A stretch of 64,000 nt of DNA from the human T2T-CHM13v2.0 reference genome, Homo sapiens, in assembly GCF_009914755.1 (NCBI RefSeq), contig NC_060938.1. The stretch is one strand, 5' to 3'. Below the pieces are notes generated by a model that saw only the letters and a list, made by a program, of their open reading frames with translations, searched no databases and had not been told where the DNA came from. A program made the translations under genes and the position numbers. Shown piece by piece: positions 1-14,367 of this stretch; the stretch's first letter is position 1; the number at the start of each line of letters is the position of its first letter.

Positions 1-143
1 CTTGTTGACTTTTGTCACTAGGTGACCTCAAAATATTTAATCAAGCATCAAGATCATTATCATAACTTCAGAGAGGTTAGTCTATAGAAGAGTTATCATC
101 TCTGTTTCATTTTGCATCATTATGATGTTGGTGTGATGACTTC

Positions 144-610
144 CATTCATTTGTTTAGCATACTTACTGAGTGTCTCTACTCAGTGCCAGACACAAGTAT
201 AAGGAATACAGAGCTAATTGGGACATGACCCTTAGGAAATATATTCTTGGGATGGGAAAGGGGAGATAGAAAATGAGCTTCACAAACCAGGATGGTGCGT
301 GCTATATTTTATACAGCATATGTAGAGAAAGAAAAGAGTGGGGGAAATAATTCAGCATATGATAGAGAAAAGAGGGTCAGGGAGGGTGAAATATGAAGTC
401 ACTTTTAAATGAAGAGGGATAGTTTCTAGGGGAGGTTTGGGGATAGGGTCCTTCAGGAATAAGGAAGAGCATGGAAAAGCCCTGAGCATGTGAGAGACCA
501 GAGTGTGGCAAACCATCTGCTATTCCTAGAGCAGATCTGAGTGTGAAGAAGGATCATGCCACAAAAGCTCTGCACACCATGACAAGAAGCTTGAACTCCA
601 TACCATGAGG
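144..610 (-). mobile_element. L2 LINE 3' fragment
   Basis: cattcatttgtttagcatacttactgagtgtctctactcagtgccagacac resembles the reverse-complemented L2 3' end, followed by purine-rich L2 body. Confidence 0.65.
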
Positions 611-629
611 TATATTTTTATATATTTCC

Positions 630-2157
<1,528 letters not shown>

Positions 2158-2169
2158 TGGCAAGACAGG

Positions 2170-2390
2170 TAGTGATCTACAGCAGTTAAGAGCGTGGGCT
2201 TTAGGGTCAAGCAGACCTAGATTTGATTCCCAGCTCCACTACTCACCAGAAATGTGAAACTTACTAACTTCTCTGAGTCTTCTTTATCTGTCCAACTGGA
2301 ATGGAACCCAACAGAACCTACATCATAAAGTTGTAAGAAGAATCCCTACTACATAATAGAAGCTAAATATATACTAATTATTATTACTGT
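2170..2390 (+). mobile_element. MIR SINE
   Basis: gttaagagcgtgggctttagggtcaagcagacctagatttgattcccagctccact...ttctctgagtct core. Confidence 0.8.
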
Positions 2391-2493
2391 TACATTTTTG
2401 AAAGATTATTATTTTCAATGAATTTTCTTATAAAAACAATTTCCAAAAGCAAATATAATATTCTTTGAAAAATTATACTGGATAGTTAAAAAA

Positions 2494-2671
2494 ATTTTTT
2501 TTATTATACTTCAAATTCTAGGATACATGTGCAGAACGTGCAGGTTTGTTACACATGCCATGGTGGTTTGCTGCACCCATCAGCCAGTCATCTACATTAG
2601 GTATTTCTCCTAATGCTATCCCTCCCCTAGCCCCTCGCTTCCAACAGACACACGCACACATATGTTTACTG
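2494..2671 (-). mobile_element. L1PA 3' end with a short inverted 5' segment
   Basis: polyT-ttattatacttcaaattctaggatacatgtgcagaacgtgcaggtttg is the reverse L1PA 3' UTR; followed by the sense L1 piece agacacacgcacacatatgtttactg; flanked by tactggata repeats. Confidence 0.9.
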
Positions 2672-2685
2672 GATATGGTTTTTAA

Positions 2686-2991
<306 letters not shown>

Positions 2992-3850
2992 TAGAGTGTG
3001 AACAGGGAATGAATTTGGACATTGTATTACAGTACCAAAATAAAGAACTATTGAGTTTAGATAGCCTCAGTTACAGAAACTTTAAACAGCCCTAGTGGCA
3101 TAAATTAAGATTTGTCCTCTAGTCATTAAACTAGTTATTAATATCTTCTTGTGGTAGTTTCCATTATATATATATCCAGTTTTCAATCACATTATTAGGA
3201 AAAACATAACAAAGTAGAAAGGTACCCTTTTAAGTATTTTGCCCCTAGTAAGACTAGGAAAATAAACCATTCGAAATGAGAAAACATGTTAAGTAGAAAC
3301 ATATTAAAATGGCTATATGAAGAATATACATACCCTTCCATTTGGAAAATCATTCGAAAGCTGTCTACCAAGCTTTTATAACTGTTTGGATCGGTTGCAC
3401 ATCTCTGAATCTGAAACCTAGAAGCAAAATCAAACCAAAAATTCTAAGTTAAAGATTTTGCCAAATGGCTTTTCTCATTTTTTAAAGTCTTAGAAACTCA
3501 GCTTTTCAGATTAATCTAGAATATTCTGCTTTGGTATGGATTTTATTCATTTATTAGCCTTATATAATCTTTACCTTATTTTCATAGTCTTTAAAATTAC
3601 ATTTCTCTGTAATTTAATGAAATCTATAGAAAAAAAATGTATTTTCATCTATTTCTTAGCCAGGCAGATTTGCCCTGAGGCATTTGTGCTTTTTCCTTTT
3701 GTGAAGAGCATACACAGATATCGTAGATTGTTTTAATGTAGAATTCAGAATTCTGAAGATGCATATGAAAAAAGTCAGTAGTGCTATTTCTTATCTTAAT
3801 AAGTCTTCCTTGATGGCAATTTAGTATGAAGGTTAAAAATACAGAGTAGC

Positions 3851-4760
3851 CTGACTAATATTCAGAATCTACAAGGAACTGAAACAAATTTACAAGAAAA
3901 TACCAAACAACCCCATCAAAAAGTGGGCAAAGGATACGAACAGACACTTCTCAAAAGAAGACATTTAAGCGGCCAACAAACATGAAAAAATCCTCATCAT
4001 CACTAGTCAATAGAGAAATGCAAATCAAAACCACAATGAGATACCATTTTATGCTACTTAGAATGGCAACTAATAAAAAGTCAGCAAACAACAGATGCTG
4101 GCGAGACTGTGGAGAAATAGGAACGCTTTTACACTGTTGGTGGGAGTGTAAATTAGTTCAACCATTGTGGAAGACAGTGTGGCGATTCCTCAAGGATCTA
4201 GAACCAGAAATACCATTTGACCCAGCAATCCCATTACCGGGTATATACCCAAAGGATTAGAAATCATTCTACTATAAAGACACATGCACTTGTGTGTTTA
4301 CTGCAGCACTATTTACAATAGCAAAGACTTGGAACCAACCCAAATGCCCATCAATGATAGACTGGATTAAGAAAATGTGGCACATATACACCATGGAATA
4401 CTATGCAGCAATAAAAAAGAATGAGTTCACGTCCTTTGCAGGGACACGGATTAAGCTGGAAGCCATCATTCTCAGCAAACTAACACAGGAACAGAAAACC
4501 AAACACTGCATGTTCTCACTCATAAGTGGGAGTTGAACAACGAGAACACATGGACACAGGGAGGAAAACATCACACACCAGGGCCTGTTGGCGGCTGTGG
4601 GGAAAGGGGAGAGAAAGCATTAGGACAAATAACTAATGAATGTGGGGCTTAAAACCTGTAAGACGGGTTGATAGGTGCAGCAAACCACCATGGTGCACGT
4701 GTACCTATGCAACAAATCTGCACGTTCTGCATATGTATCCTGGAACTTAAAGTAAAAAAA
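3851..4760 (+). mobile_element. 5'-truncated L1PA (about PA7-age): ORF2 C-terminus and 3' UTR
   Basis: ORFs 3982-4260 and 4294-4536 give L1 ORF2 C-terminal peptide (CWRDCGEIGTLLHCWWECKLVQPLW; KTWNQPKCPS) split by a stop; polyA; perfect 16-bp TSD aaaaatacagagtagc (3835-3850, 4761-4776). Confidence 0.97.
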
Positions 4761-5729
4761 AAAAATACAGAGTAGCTAATAGGGCCTAATATTAATCCTG
4801 ATTGTAAATTTGGAATTCATTCTGGCAGGCAGGAGTCTGCATTTGAAGCAAGAGGTGGGGTTGTATATTGAGGTTGTATTACTCTACAGTTTACTATCGC
4901 TACTCGGTGATGGAACAAGGTTGATCATTCTGGGTAGTTCAGGCTACCCGGATCTTCACAGAAGCATAGTGCCCTGCATATAATTAGAGCTCAATAAACA
5001 TGTGTCCCATTTTTGAAAGGTAAGTTCTTTTTTCTTCTTTTTGCATATGATCATGCATCCCTGAACTCTTAGCCCTCCAAATGTGGAAGTTTCCAGTACT
5101 AGGGTCTTATCTTTTTGTTTTGTATTTGCTCTGGAGTTTGTTTCTAAAGAGGTTTATAACAAGTACTCTCATTTCTCCCGTACCTGAGTTGTTTTCTATA
5201 CTTTGGGTTCTTTACCCTGCCTATTCCTTGTGCTTTACTTTATTGTTCCTGTTGTAAGTTAGGGCTCTTGTTCCTTCTGTGGGAGGGAATTCCCTCCACA
5301 ATTTTACCTGCTTTTTAAAAAGAACTTTTCAAAACACTTCTGATATTATTTAGTTCAAAAATGCTTTTCTTAGATTGTTGGCTTGATGATATGAACGCAA
5401 CGTCTACTTCTAGAAATAATATATTTTATAGTTCTAGGCCTCACAGAATTATGCTACAAACTGACACATATCAGACAGAAGAATGAGTGTACTGCTTTGA
5501 CTGAAGCAGTTGGGCATATGGGCAGAGTGAGTGTGGTATAATACTGAAAAGCAAAGCAAGGCTGGAATTACATTTAGTTTTGTAAAGTGGAAAGTTGCTA
5601 GATGTGTTTGTGAAGAAGTACTGAACAGTACTGTGAAGAATTTTGTGAACAGTACTGTTCAGAGAAGTGGGAGTTCAGTCTTCCAGCAGAGTTCTTTGCA
5701 ATAAAAATCTCTAAATGAGTATCTATTGA

Positions 5730-5845
5730 CCAACTGGATGGATTAGAAAGGGAGTATGGCAGGGAGAACAGTTAGGAAGGAGATACAATAGACTGGGTGA
5801 GAAATAATGGTGCTAGAATATAAATAAAGGTGACAGGAATACAAC
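5730..5845 (-). mobile_element. L2 fragment
   Basis: ggattagaaagggagtatggcagggagaacagttaggaagg...gagaaataatggtg resembles reverse L2 body. Confidence 0.45.
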
Positions 5846-5907
5846 GAAAGGGGCAAGCTTGTTGGGTAGTCCTTTTTCTCCTTAATTTTTAAAAATGACA
5901 CATTTAA

Positions 5908-6225
<318 letters not shown>

Positions 6226-7377
6226 AACAAATCACTTTGAAACATACAGAGCAATTTCCAAAATACGACTTTGGTTCAGTTCAAATAAGAATCTTCATTT
6301 CTGTATTTGCATATTTGTAACCTATATTCATTGTAGAGTATAAAATCCTTTCTTACATCTAGTGGGAAAAACCAAGACTCTAACTGTTCTTTAAAAAAAT
6401 ATTCAAAATAGTTTTATATATTATGAAAGTATTATATAAGCATAGATGCTTTTCATAATATCCGTAATAAGCTTTAATTAAGTTCATTTATCTCAGCAAA
6501 TTTCTTTCTAGATGCATTTTCCCAAATTACCAAATATTTTCTTAATGTGTTCCATATGATTTAAGATGCTACAGGTTTTACAAAAACCCAGGGTATTACC
6601 TTCAACCTCAAGAAGCACAAGAAAGAAATATGAAAAAAAAACCTATATAAGAGGAAATATGCAAAATGTGAAGTAGCATCGGCACTGGGTCGTCCAGGTG
6701 TTCACGAGGGGAGCAATTACTGCTTTCTGCAGAGGTTCAGCAAGGGTTTCAGGGAAGAGAAGGATCTGAGCTGACTCCTCCTGGGAGTCAGAGAGTAAAT
6801 CAGGAGGAAGCATTTCAGGTGGGGAGATGACAAGAACAATGGCCAGTGAGGGAAAGCTGTCCTTTCTAATGGGGAAGCGAACACCACAGCCGCCTACCCC
6901 GTTTCCTTTGGGAAAATGTTACAGTACTCTGCTTGCTGCATGCACTTGGTTGCTCAGGGTGCATGGAGACCTGAAGTGGTTTGGTAGAAGGTATACAGGA
7001 GCTGAAGTCAAAGCCCAGTATAAAGCACTTGACCTTTTCTGCTGCTCAGCTCAGCACTTCGGCTACCTCAGGATGGCCATTGCACAATTGCATGGCCCTG
7101 GTTCCAGATGGGCCTGTGAACAAGTCAGCAGATGGGCCAGGCAAGCACGTCCTATGTCTAGATATTCAGCCTTAGCCTTTCCTTCCCTTCTGTGGTCAGA
7201 GACCTCAGCTTTGCCTATGATGTCTGCATGCTCAGGTAATTCCCAGGTGGGTTTTCTGACAGCTTGTGCAAACGTGTATACAGAGTATGATGATTTCACA
7301 AGTCTAGGCACTTCACTCACTAGTTGCAATTTCTTTTTCTCTTTGTAGAACCAAATAGATAATATTTCCAATCTATT

Positions 7378-7525
7378 GTTCATTCAGTTAATAAGAGTTC
7401 TTGAATACAACTATTTATTATACACTCTACTATTTGGGGGCTTACAAAGAAATAAGAAAAAGCCCTGCCTTGTAGAAGCTTTCAGTAAAGTGAAAGAGAT
7501 GTGCAAATAGATGATTACCATACAC
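7378..7525 (-). mobile_element. L2 3' fragment
   Basis: cattcagttaataagagttcttgaatac...agccctgccttgtagaagctttcag pattern. Confidence 0.5.
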
Positions 7526-9209
7526 AAAAACTATTGTTTAGAAATAGTGTTTCAGAGTATCAGATGCTAGCACCACTCTTATTGGGGATGATCGGCTATT
7601 TATGGGTGGGAAATAGTACTTTGCAGAGACAATGGAAGGGAAAGGGAGAGGGGAAATAAAGAAAGACTATCTTGGAGCTACATATCTGCAATTAAACTTT
7701 ACCCACAGATTTTAGAACAGGCAACAAGAAAGGGCAGTCCATGAAATCCTTGAGGAGTGCTTCACTTAGGAGCTGACTGTCTGATGAGTGATGCTGAGTT
7801 AATTACAACCAGGAGTGGCAACATCAAAATAACATCACAGGAGCAGAGTCCATAAACTGTGTTGCATGAGCAATGCAAAAGGATGGGCAGGCATGGTAAC
7901 TGCTAATGCCCCAGTAAAGCCTCCCTTCCATTCTTAACTATGCTAAAGCAGTGAGAGGCCCCATTACACAGGCTAAGGCAAGAACAGTTGTCTCTTCTAC
8001 TGTGTATCTCACATACATCATGTCTACGCTTTGCAGAGAAAGTACTTGCAGTATTTGGTTGCAGTATTTTGTTCCATTACACATGACTTATTCTGATCAC
8101 AGAGTTATCAGTTCTTCTCAGGAATCTGTTTCAAGTTGATATAATTATAGTGCATTTTGGTCAATCATGTAAAACAGCAATTTCCTTCTTCCTCTGCTCT
8201 ACATTTCAGCAACTTAAAAGGTTTCTCTCTTGGATTGAAGCTTTACATCAGCATGTTCCAAGCTGCATTTTCTGCTAACAAATTCTCTCTACTCAGGGAG
8301 ACAATTTTCCAGTTACGTAATACAACCCCTTGTAAAATTACAAAGGCAAAGCCACACCACTCTTGATTGCATTTAGAAGACAGGGTTGGACTTCTCCATT
8401 GTCCTAATAAAAGCAGCTTAAATACATCTGGAATATCCATCTGAGTAACTTCTTTTATTAGGATGGAAACTTGCTGCCACACTGACAGAGTGGACAATGA
8501 AGTAACACTTGGGACATATTTGGTGCTTAACATCCGATCAGAATCACACACAACAGAAAGGAATGTGGCTCAAACCCTAGGCTGCATTGCAAAGGAGCCA
8601 GATATCTATCTGCCGCTGTTCTCATAGCCAAAGGACTGCACACACTTAACAAATGGGAGGAAACAGGCCCTGTCATTCACCAGCCACAATACTGAGTGAG
8701 TTACTGTGGTAGCCAACAGGGTAAGGAAGGGCTTTTCAATGTTCCCAAACAAATGTACAAGCATATTTTTTAAAGACAAAAAAATGTTTGCACTAATTGA
8801 AGCATTTTTTTTTTCTAAATTAGCTGAGAATCATGACTGCAGCATTTCGCACTGTCTTCATTGTGTGCTCAGTGATATTCTATTTTAAACTAGTCTGTGA
8901 CTCAGTCTCAGCATAGATATACCACTTCCACTTGTTTGAGTACTTCTGAAGATATGGCCAAAAGAAAGATATGCCTGTAAGAAATAAAATGGCTTTGCTG
9001 CCTTAAAAGTCTCAAGACAAGGGTGTTTGAAAATTATAAAATCTCAAATTTATGCAGTGCCTTTATTTCCAAAGTAATTTTACATCTATCATCTTCTTAA
9101 CAAATACTGAACGAGTCTATTCTGGGGAGTGGAGGCTTTAGAAATATATTTGTACACTATACACTATATATGCATATATAGTATATATACATATATAACT
9201 TACATATTA

Positions 9210-9314
9210 TACATTTGGTGCAAAAGTAATCGTGGTTTTGGCCATTACTTTTAATGGTGCCTAACACCCAATCTTTTAATGGCCAAAACCGCACTTACTT
9301 TTGCACCAACCTAA
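9210..9314. mobile_element. MADE1 (Hsmar1-derived MITE) with an internal insertion
   Basis: Inverted arms ttggtgcaaaagtaatcgtggttttggccatta / taatggccaaaaccgcacttacttttgcaccaacctaa match the palindromic MADE1 consensus. Confidence 0.93.
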
Positions 9315-9944
9315 TATAACTTATATATTCCTATCTTTATATGAATATGCAGTAATTGAATTGCAAAGGGTTGGATTGGGGTAGATGATAGGATTTGTCC
9401 TGAGGCTACATTTGCATAGCACACGACTCTGCTTTTTAGTTAGATCATATGATTATTTGGGGTGCTTTGGGAGAGGGAACTGATGGAGACTGGCAGTGGG
9501 AAGCCATTCCAAGCCACCCCTTTGGCACTGCCACCAATCCCTAAGCAAACCAGTGAGATAGGTAAAGAGCATTTCTGGCATCACCCCTGGATCACTTCTT
9601 AGTTCAGTAGTGTTCCTGTGCTCTCTTCTGCCTTCTCCCATTCAGCTCTGCTTTTGGAAACACATTCACATCCATCATTCATCCTTATTGTGACTTTTAC
9701 TTTAATGTGCCATCCGTCAAAATGTGTCCTCTCTTATAGGGATTTCAGCTATCAAAAAGGAGATAAGAAGGTTTGTTTTTGTCTAGGATAAAAATGCAGG
9801 GGATCCTTACCACCAAAGCCAGCCCTAAGTGCCACTTTTTCCCCTTTCACTGGCAGTTTATGCCACAATGCACTAGGCTGTATAATAATTCCACCTTTGT
9901 GTCAAAGGAGGTGAAGCATTTTGAGGAACTGACACACAGACTGG

Positions 9945-10050
9945 GAGCCACCGGTTATAATTCCAGTGCTGCCACTGACTCACAGTGTAAACTGGTGAGA
10001 TTTGTAATTTAATCCCTCTGCCTTTTTCCTCAGCAATAAAATGGGACAAT
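9945..10050 (+). mobile_element. MIR fragment
   Basis: ggttataattccagtgctgccactgactcacagtgt...ttcctcagcaataaaatggg core. Confidence 0.6.
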
Positions 10051-10952
10051 TTGATTTGAGGGAAAGCAGCACACAGACTTAATATTTGAGTTTGTTAGCC
10101 ATAAGAGAGAATAGACCTTGCCTTTTGTATTCTAAAGCCCCCAAATTCCATCCTTTCTAGAGGTGGGAGACTGCTAGAAAAAGTTGTATACTGATAATAA
10201 GTGGTGATGAGCCTAACGAAACTCCCTGCAGAGATTTCCGTGAATGTGCTATGAACAAAGATTATTAGTAATTACCTGAATATTACACGTGTTCCTCAAT
10301 AAACACTTGAGAAGCCCACTAATGAATCAGAGATTAGCAGACTAAAGGTTTGCAATTACAGAACACATTAAAAGGATAACTGTAGGAAGATTAAATAAAT
10401 AAAGATTTTAATTCACTGTAATTAGCCTTTCTTACTGAAATTAGATGTTGCTCCTACAGAGTATGTTTGCTTTCTTATGAGTTGGTTGAGCATAGCCAAA
10501 GTCAGACCAAACATGCAAAGACATGTCTGAGGTTTTGAAATTTATGTGTACACACCGACCTCACCAACTCTGGGCAAAGACCCTAGAAAGCACATCTTCA
10601 GAAGAATTCCCACCATGTATGTTTGTTTCCCATTTTCTGAAAAATCACCACCCAAGAGAAGAAATAGCACCTTCTTACAGGAGATAACCACTGGGGACTG
10701 TGCCTTTCTCATCCCTCCAGAAAGAGCACATCAGATGGTGGAAAGATGACACTGCTGGTTTTGAAGATAGTTTTTTTTAGCAAGTACTGGGCAGGGTGGG
10801 GTGGGGGATGCCTTCCTTCTAACATTTCTCTATGTCCATAGCTTTACTCTTCCAAGTTGAAGTATCTTGTAATGTGAATGGTAGTTTTTAAAAAAATTTA
10901 GCTGTGGGTATTTTGTTTTCACTTCAGATTAAATATAATAATAATCTACACT

Positions 10953-11283
10953 GGCTGGGTGTGGTGGCTCGCACCTGTAATCCCACCACTTTGGGAGGCC
11001 AAGGCAGCCGGATTACTTAAAGTCAGGAGTTCGAGACTAGCCTGGCCAACATGGTGAAACTCTATCTCTACTAAAAATACGAAAATTAGCCGGGCGTGGT
11101 GGCAGACACCTGTTATCCCAGCTACTCAGGAAGCTGAGGCAGGAGAATCAGTTGAACCCAGGACATGGAGGTTGCAGCGAGCAGAGATCGTGCCACTGCA
11201 CTCCAGCCTGGACGACAGTGCGAGATTCTGTCTCAAAAACAAAACAAAACAAAACAAAACACCAAACCAAAACAAAACAAAAA
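10953..11283 (+). mobile_element. AluS with (AAAAC)n tail
   Basis: Complete dimeric Alu; tail converted to an AAAAC microsatellite; approximate TSD taataataa(t)ctac. Confidence 0.97.
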
Positions 11284-11389
11284 TAATAATAATAACTACG
11301 TAACATTGCCTTAGCACTGACTGAGCTCAACAGGGCCTCTAATCATGTTCGAAGGGTGTGGTTTATAGTTCCAGACATGAATTTTTGTC

Positions 11390-11562
11390 TCAGCATTTAC
11401 TGAGCTCCCCAACTGTACAAGGAACAAGGTTAAGGGTTTGGGGGCCCCAAAGATGAATAACACCCAGGTCCTGCCCTATAGAAGAGAACAAACCAAGGTA
11501 GGGGACAGGAGATGTTAGTAATTAACTATAAAACAAGGTAGAATATGCATGTTAAATAGAGA
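11390..11562 (-). mobile_element. L2 3' fragment
   Basis: catttactgagctcccc...aaagatgaataacacccaggtcctgccct...attaactataaaacaagg. Confidence 0.65.
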
Positions 11563-14367
11563 TTCTAGGAACTTGGTTCACCTGCAATTTAAGCATTGCC
11601 TTTGCTTGTTGCTTTCACATTCTAGGCCTGGCATCAATTAACACTCCAAAATAATGCTAACAAGTCCACCAGGGTCATGGAGTTTGGCTCTGCCCAAGCA
11701 GTGATCACTAACTGAAGTTCAAAATTAGTACTCATACATATTTGGCTGCTTATCAAATTATTCTAAAAATCTAGGGAAAGATAGATACTTTTCCTGATTG
11801 TTGCTTAGTCATTTCCACAGGACACAGAAACCTGTGGTTAAAATTAAGATGTTCTTTGACTGTTTAAAATCTATATGTCTTTATTAGGTGTAGGTGGGCA
11901 GAGCTATGCATTGGCTTAACATTTATATACTGTAAAGGAAACCAATAAGTGTCTCTATGTTATTATAAAACAGTTTATAATTTGAAAAAATATGTAACCT
12001 GGAGTGCTCAGTCAGCCTAGATAATTACCACAGATAAAGTAACAACATCTTGGCAAGGCCACAAAGACAAGGAAAATCTTCTGTGCTATGTAATTTTGAA
12101 CATGTTTTTTAACAGAGCCTCAAAAATACTATCTCTCTGAAATATCAGATCAACCCTGATAGCCTGAATATACTTTAAGTAATTTCCTGTGATCCTAGAC
12201 ACATCTAATTGCAGTTCCTTTCACAAGCCAAGGAGATTTAAAGACTGATATTTTGTGTCTGTACACTTTACAATTCAGTCTTACAGTACACTTAAATATC
12301 CTATAAATAGTTCATCATTTTGTCAACCACAGATTTCACTACAATAAACATTTACTTGCATATCCTTCATGAATATGGTGAAATAGATCTAGTTTTGTAC
12401 ATCTTTCACAATTACAAGACATATGGTATTTCTAGTATTTAGAATCTATGTAAAATTTGACATTGCAAAATGAATTGTGATAAGAGAGTTTATTCCACCC
12501 TCTGGCACAAGTTCTTCTACTTGTTTATATTACTTATGGGATAATAACTAACTACACTGACAATATAATTCTAAAATTTATTTTAATGACAATATGCTAG
12601 TTAACAAGTCAGAGGCAAATGATCATGAGAGATTACAACCTAAATCTAATAATGTTAAACCACAAGTAATAAAATAGGCTAATTAACATAGCTGTATAAT
12701 TAAAATGCTCCAAGCATAAACTGGTCTCCATTAAACAAAAGCTTGACTAGCATAACTTTCAATTATTTTGCTTTGTAAAATACATGTCACATCATAAAAT
12801 TATGCTTAATATCAGATTATAGTGCTACCACTCTTTGAATATATATATGTATGTATGTATACACATATTTAAACTTCATATTTAATGCTAACAAATGACT
12901 TCACATCCACATGCTCTTACTACATTGTCCCACCTGCACTGACCTAGGCTGGCCACTACAGTGGTTAATTACCATGAAACCAACTCATATTTGGGAAATG
13001 GGGGAAGGATGAATCAAAGACTGGAAATAGAACCCATTGTCAAGGTAATGAGAATAGAGAGGATCACACCAACCTCAGCAATCAACTATTAAAATTACAA
13101 AATCAAGACAAGTATCATAGTTTTCCTGCATTTTCCAAGTAATTACGGTTTTAAAAATTTGACGCCCCAACCCAAAAAAGTTACCTGTGCATCTTCTCTC
13201 TCCGATCCTCCCAAGCAACCCCCTTGAGTCCACAAGCTTTTCCTGTATTCACCAATCTACTGCCTAGTGAGTAAGAAGCACAAAACACCATCCTTACCTG
13301 TTGAACATTAGCTCATTGTTCAGGATGGGACTGAAGTTCTTGGTTTCTAGCTTCCATAATGGATTTCCAGAACAGGGAATTTGAATGTAGTTAAATCTGC
13401 TAGAACCCTCTCACTGTCCCTGGGAACTGAGCCACTCTACAGAAAGTATGCACTAGAGAACAGGAGCCAGGGGCCCAGTGAAGGAGTCTGTTGGAGAATA
13501 TGGCGTCTCTGGAGACCTAATATACTATTCCATTTTATTTTAAGTGATCAAGTGTACCTACTGTATAGCTTATTTAGCACTGATATGGATGCTTTTCAAT
13601 AATATCAAAGAAAGATGAAAAGAATGTGGGTTGCTTTGCATTCATAAGCATAATTGCTTATACTAGGAAAAAAATTGGGGGAATGGAGATACTAAGCTTG
13701 GCTAATAAGGAAGAAAATATGCTTATTCTTATCATAGTTGAGGAAAATTTCAAGGGAGGTTTTTATTTTTATATCAAGATTAACCTCACATGTTACCAAG
13801 ATTTGGATTGGTTGTTACCAGTTTCAAATGAGGACCCAATTTTCAAAAGCATTTCATGGATGGATCGAACCCCAAACTGACAAACAAATGGTAGTCATAC
13901 TGCTTACTTTTATATCACTTTCAATGTTGAGAGCATTGTAACATATATAATCTATCCCAGTGTGTCCTCTAGTTTCACAGTTTCCTTATGTTTGTAGGAT
14001 TAAGATCGCTTAGAAAAGAAAAAGTGCCAGTTTGGAGCTAAAAGGGCACCGGGCTAGAGGAAGCAGTTTTCTGCTTCCAGTGGTACTGTACTAAAAATTT
14101 CATCTCTAGTTCAGTGAGTGACCAGTAAAAGTGCTTCTCTGAACTCAAGCTTTTTCATTAGTGAAAAGAGAATCACTTATATAGCCCCCAGCTGACAGTG
14201 AAGTTTATCTCTGGAATCCTAAAAAAAAAAAAAAAAAAAAAAGCCCTCAAGGAACTGTGATGGGGAGAGAGAGCCAGCCTTCCAAGAAGCTGTGTCCATT
14301 TAATTTGATTCCTCACTGCCAGGGGCATAGACTATGAATGGAGAGAGATCTTCCCTTAGGGGAGAAG

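Noticed and set aside
3982-4536. Protein-like ORFs (also 51350-51951)
   Set aside because: Decayed L1 ORF2 C-terminus in 5'-truncated elements with stops and frameshifts; not genes.
6827-7348. 173-aa ORF with an ATG start
   Set aside because: No recognisable domain, starts in L2-like sequence, and no supporting promoter or exon structure; likely a chance ORF.
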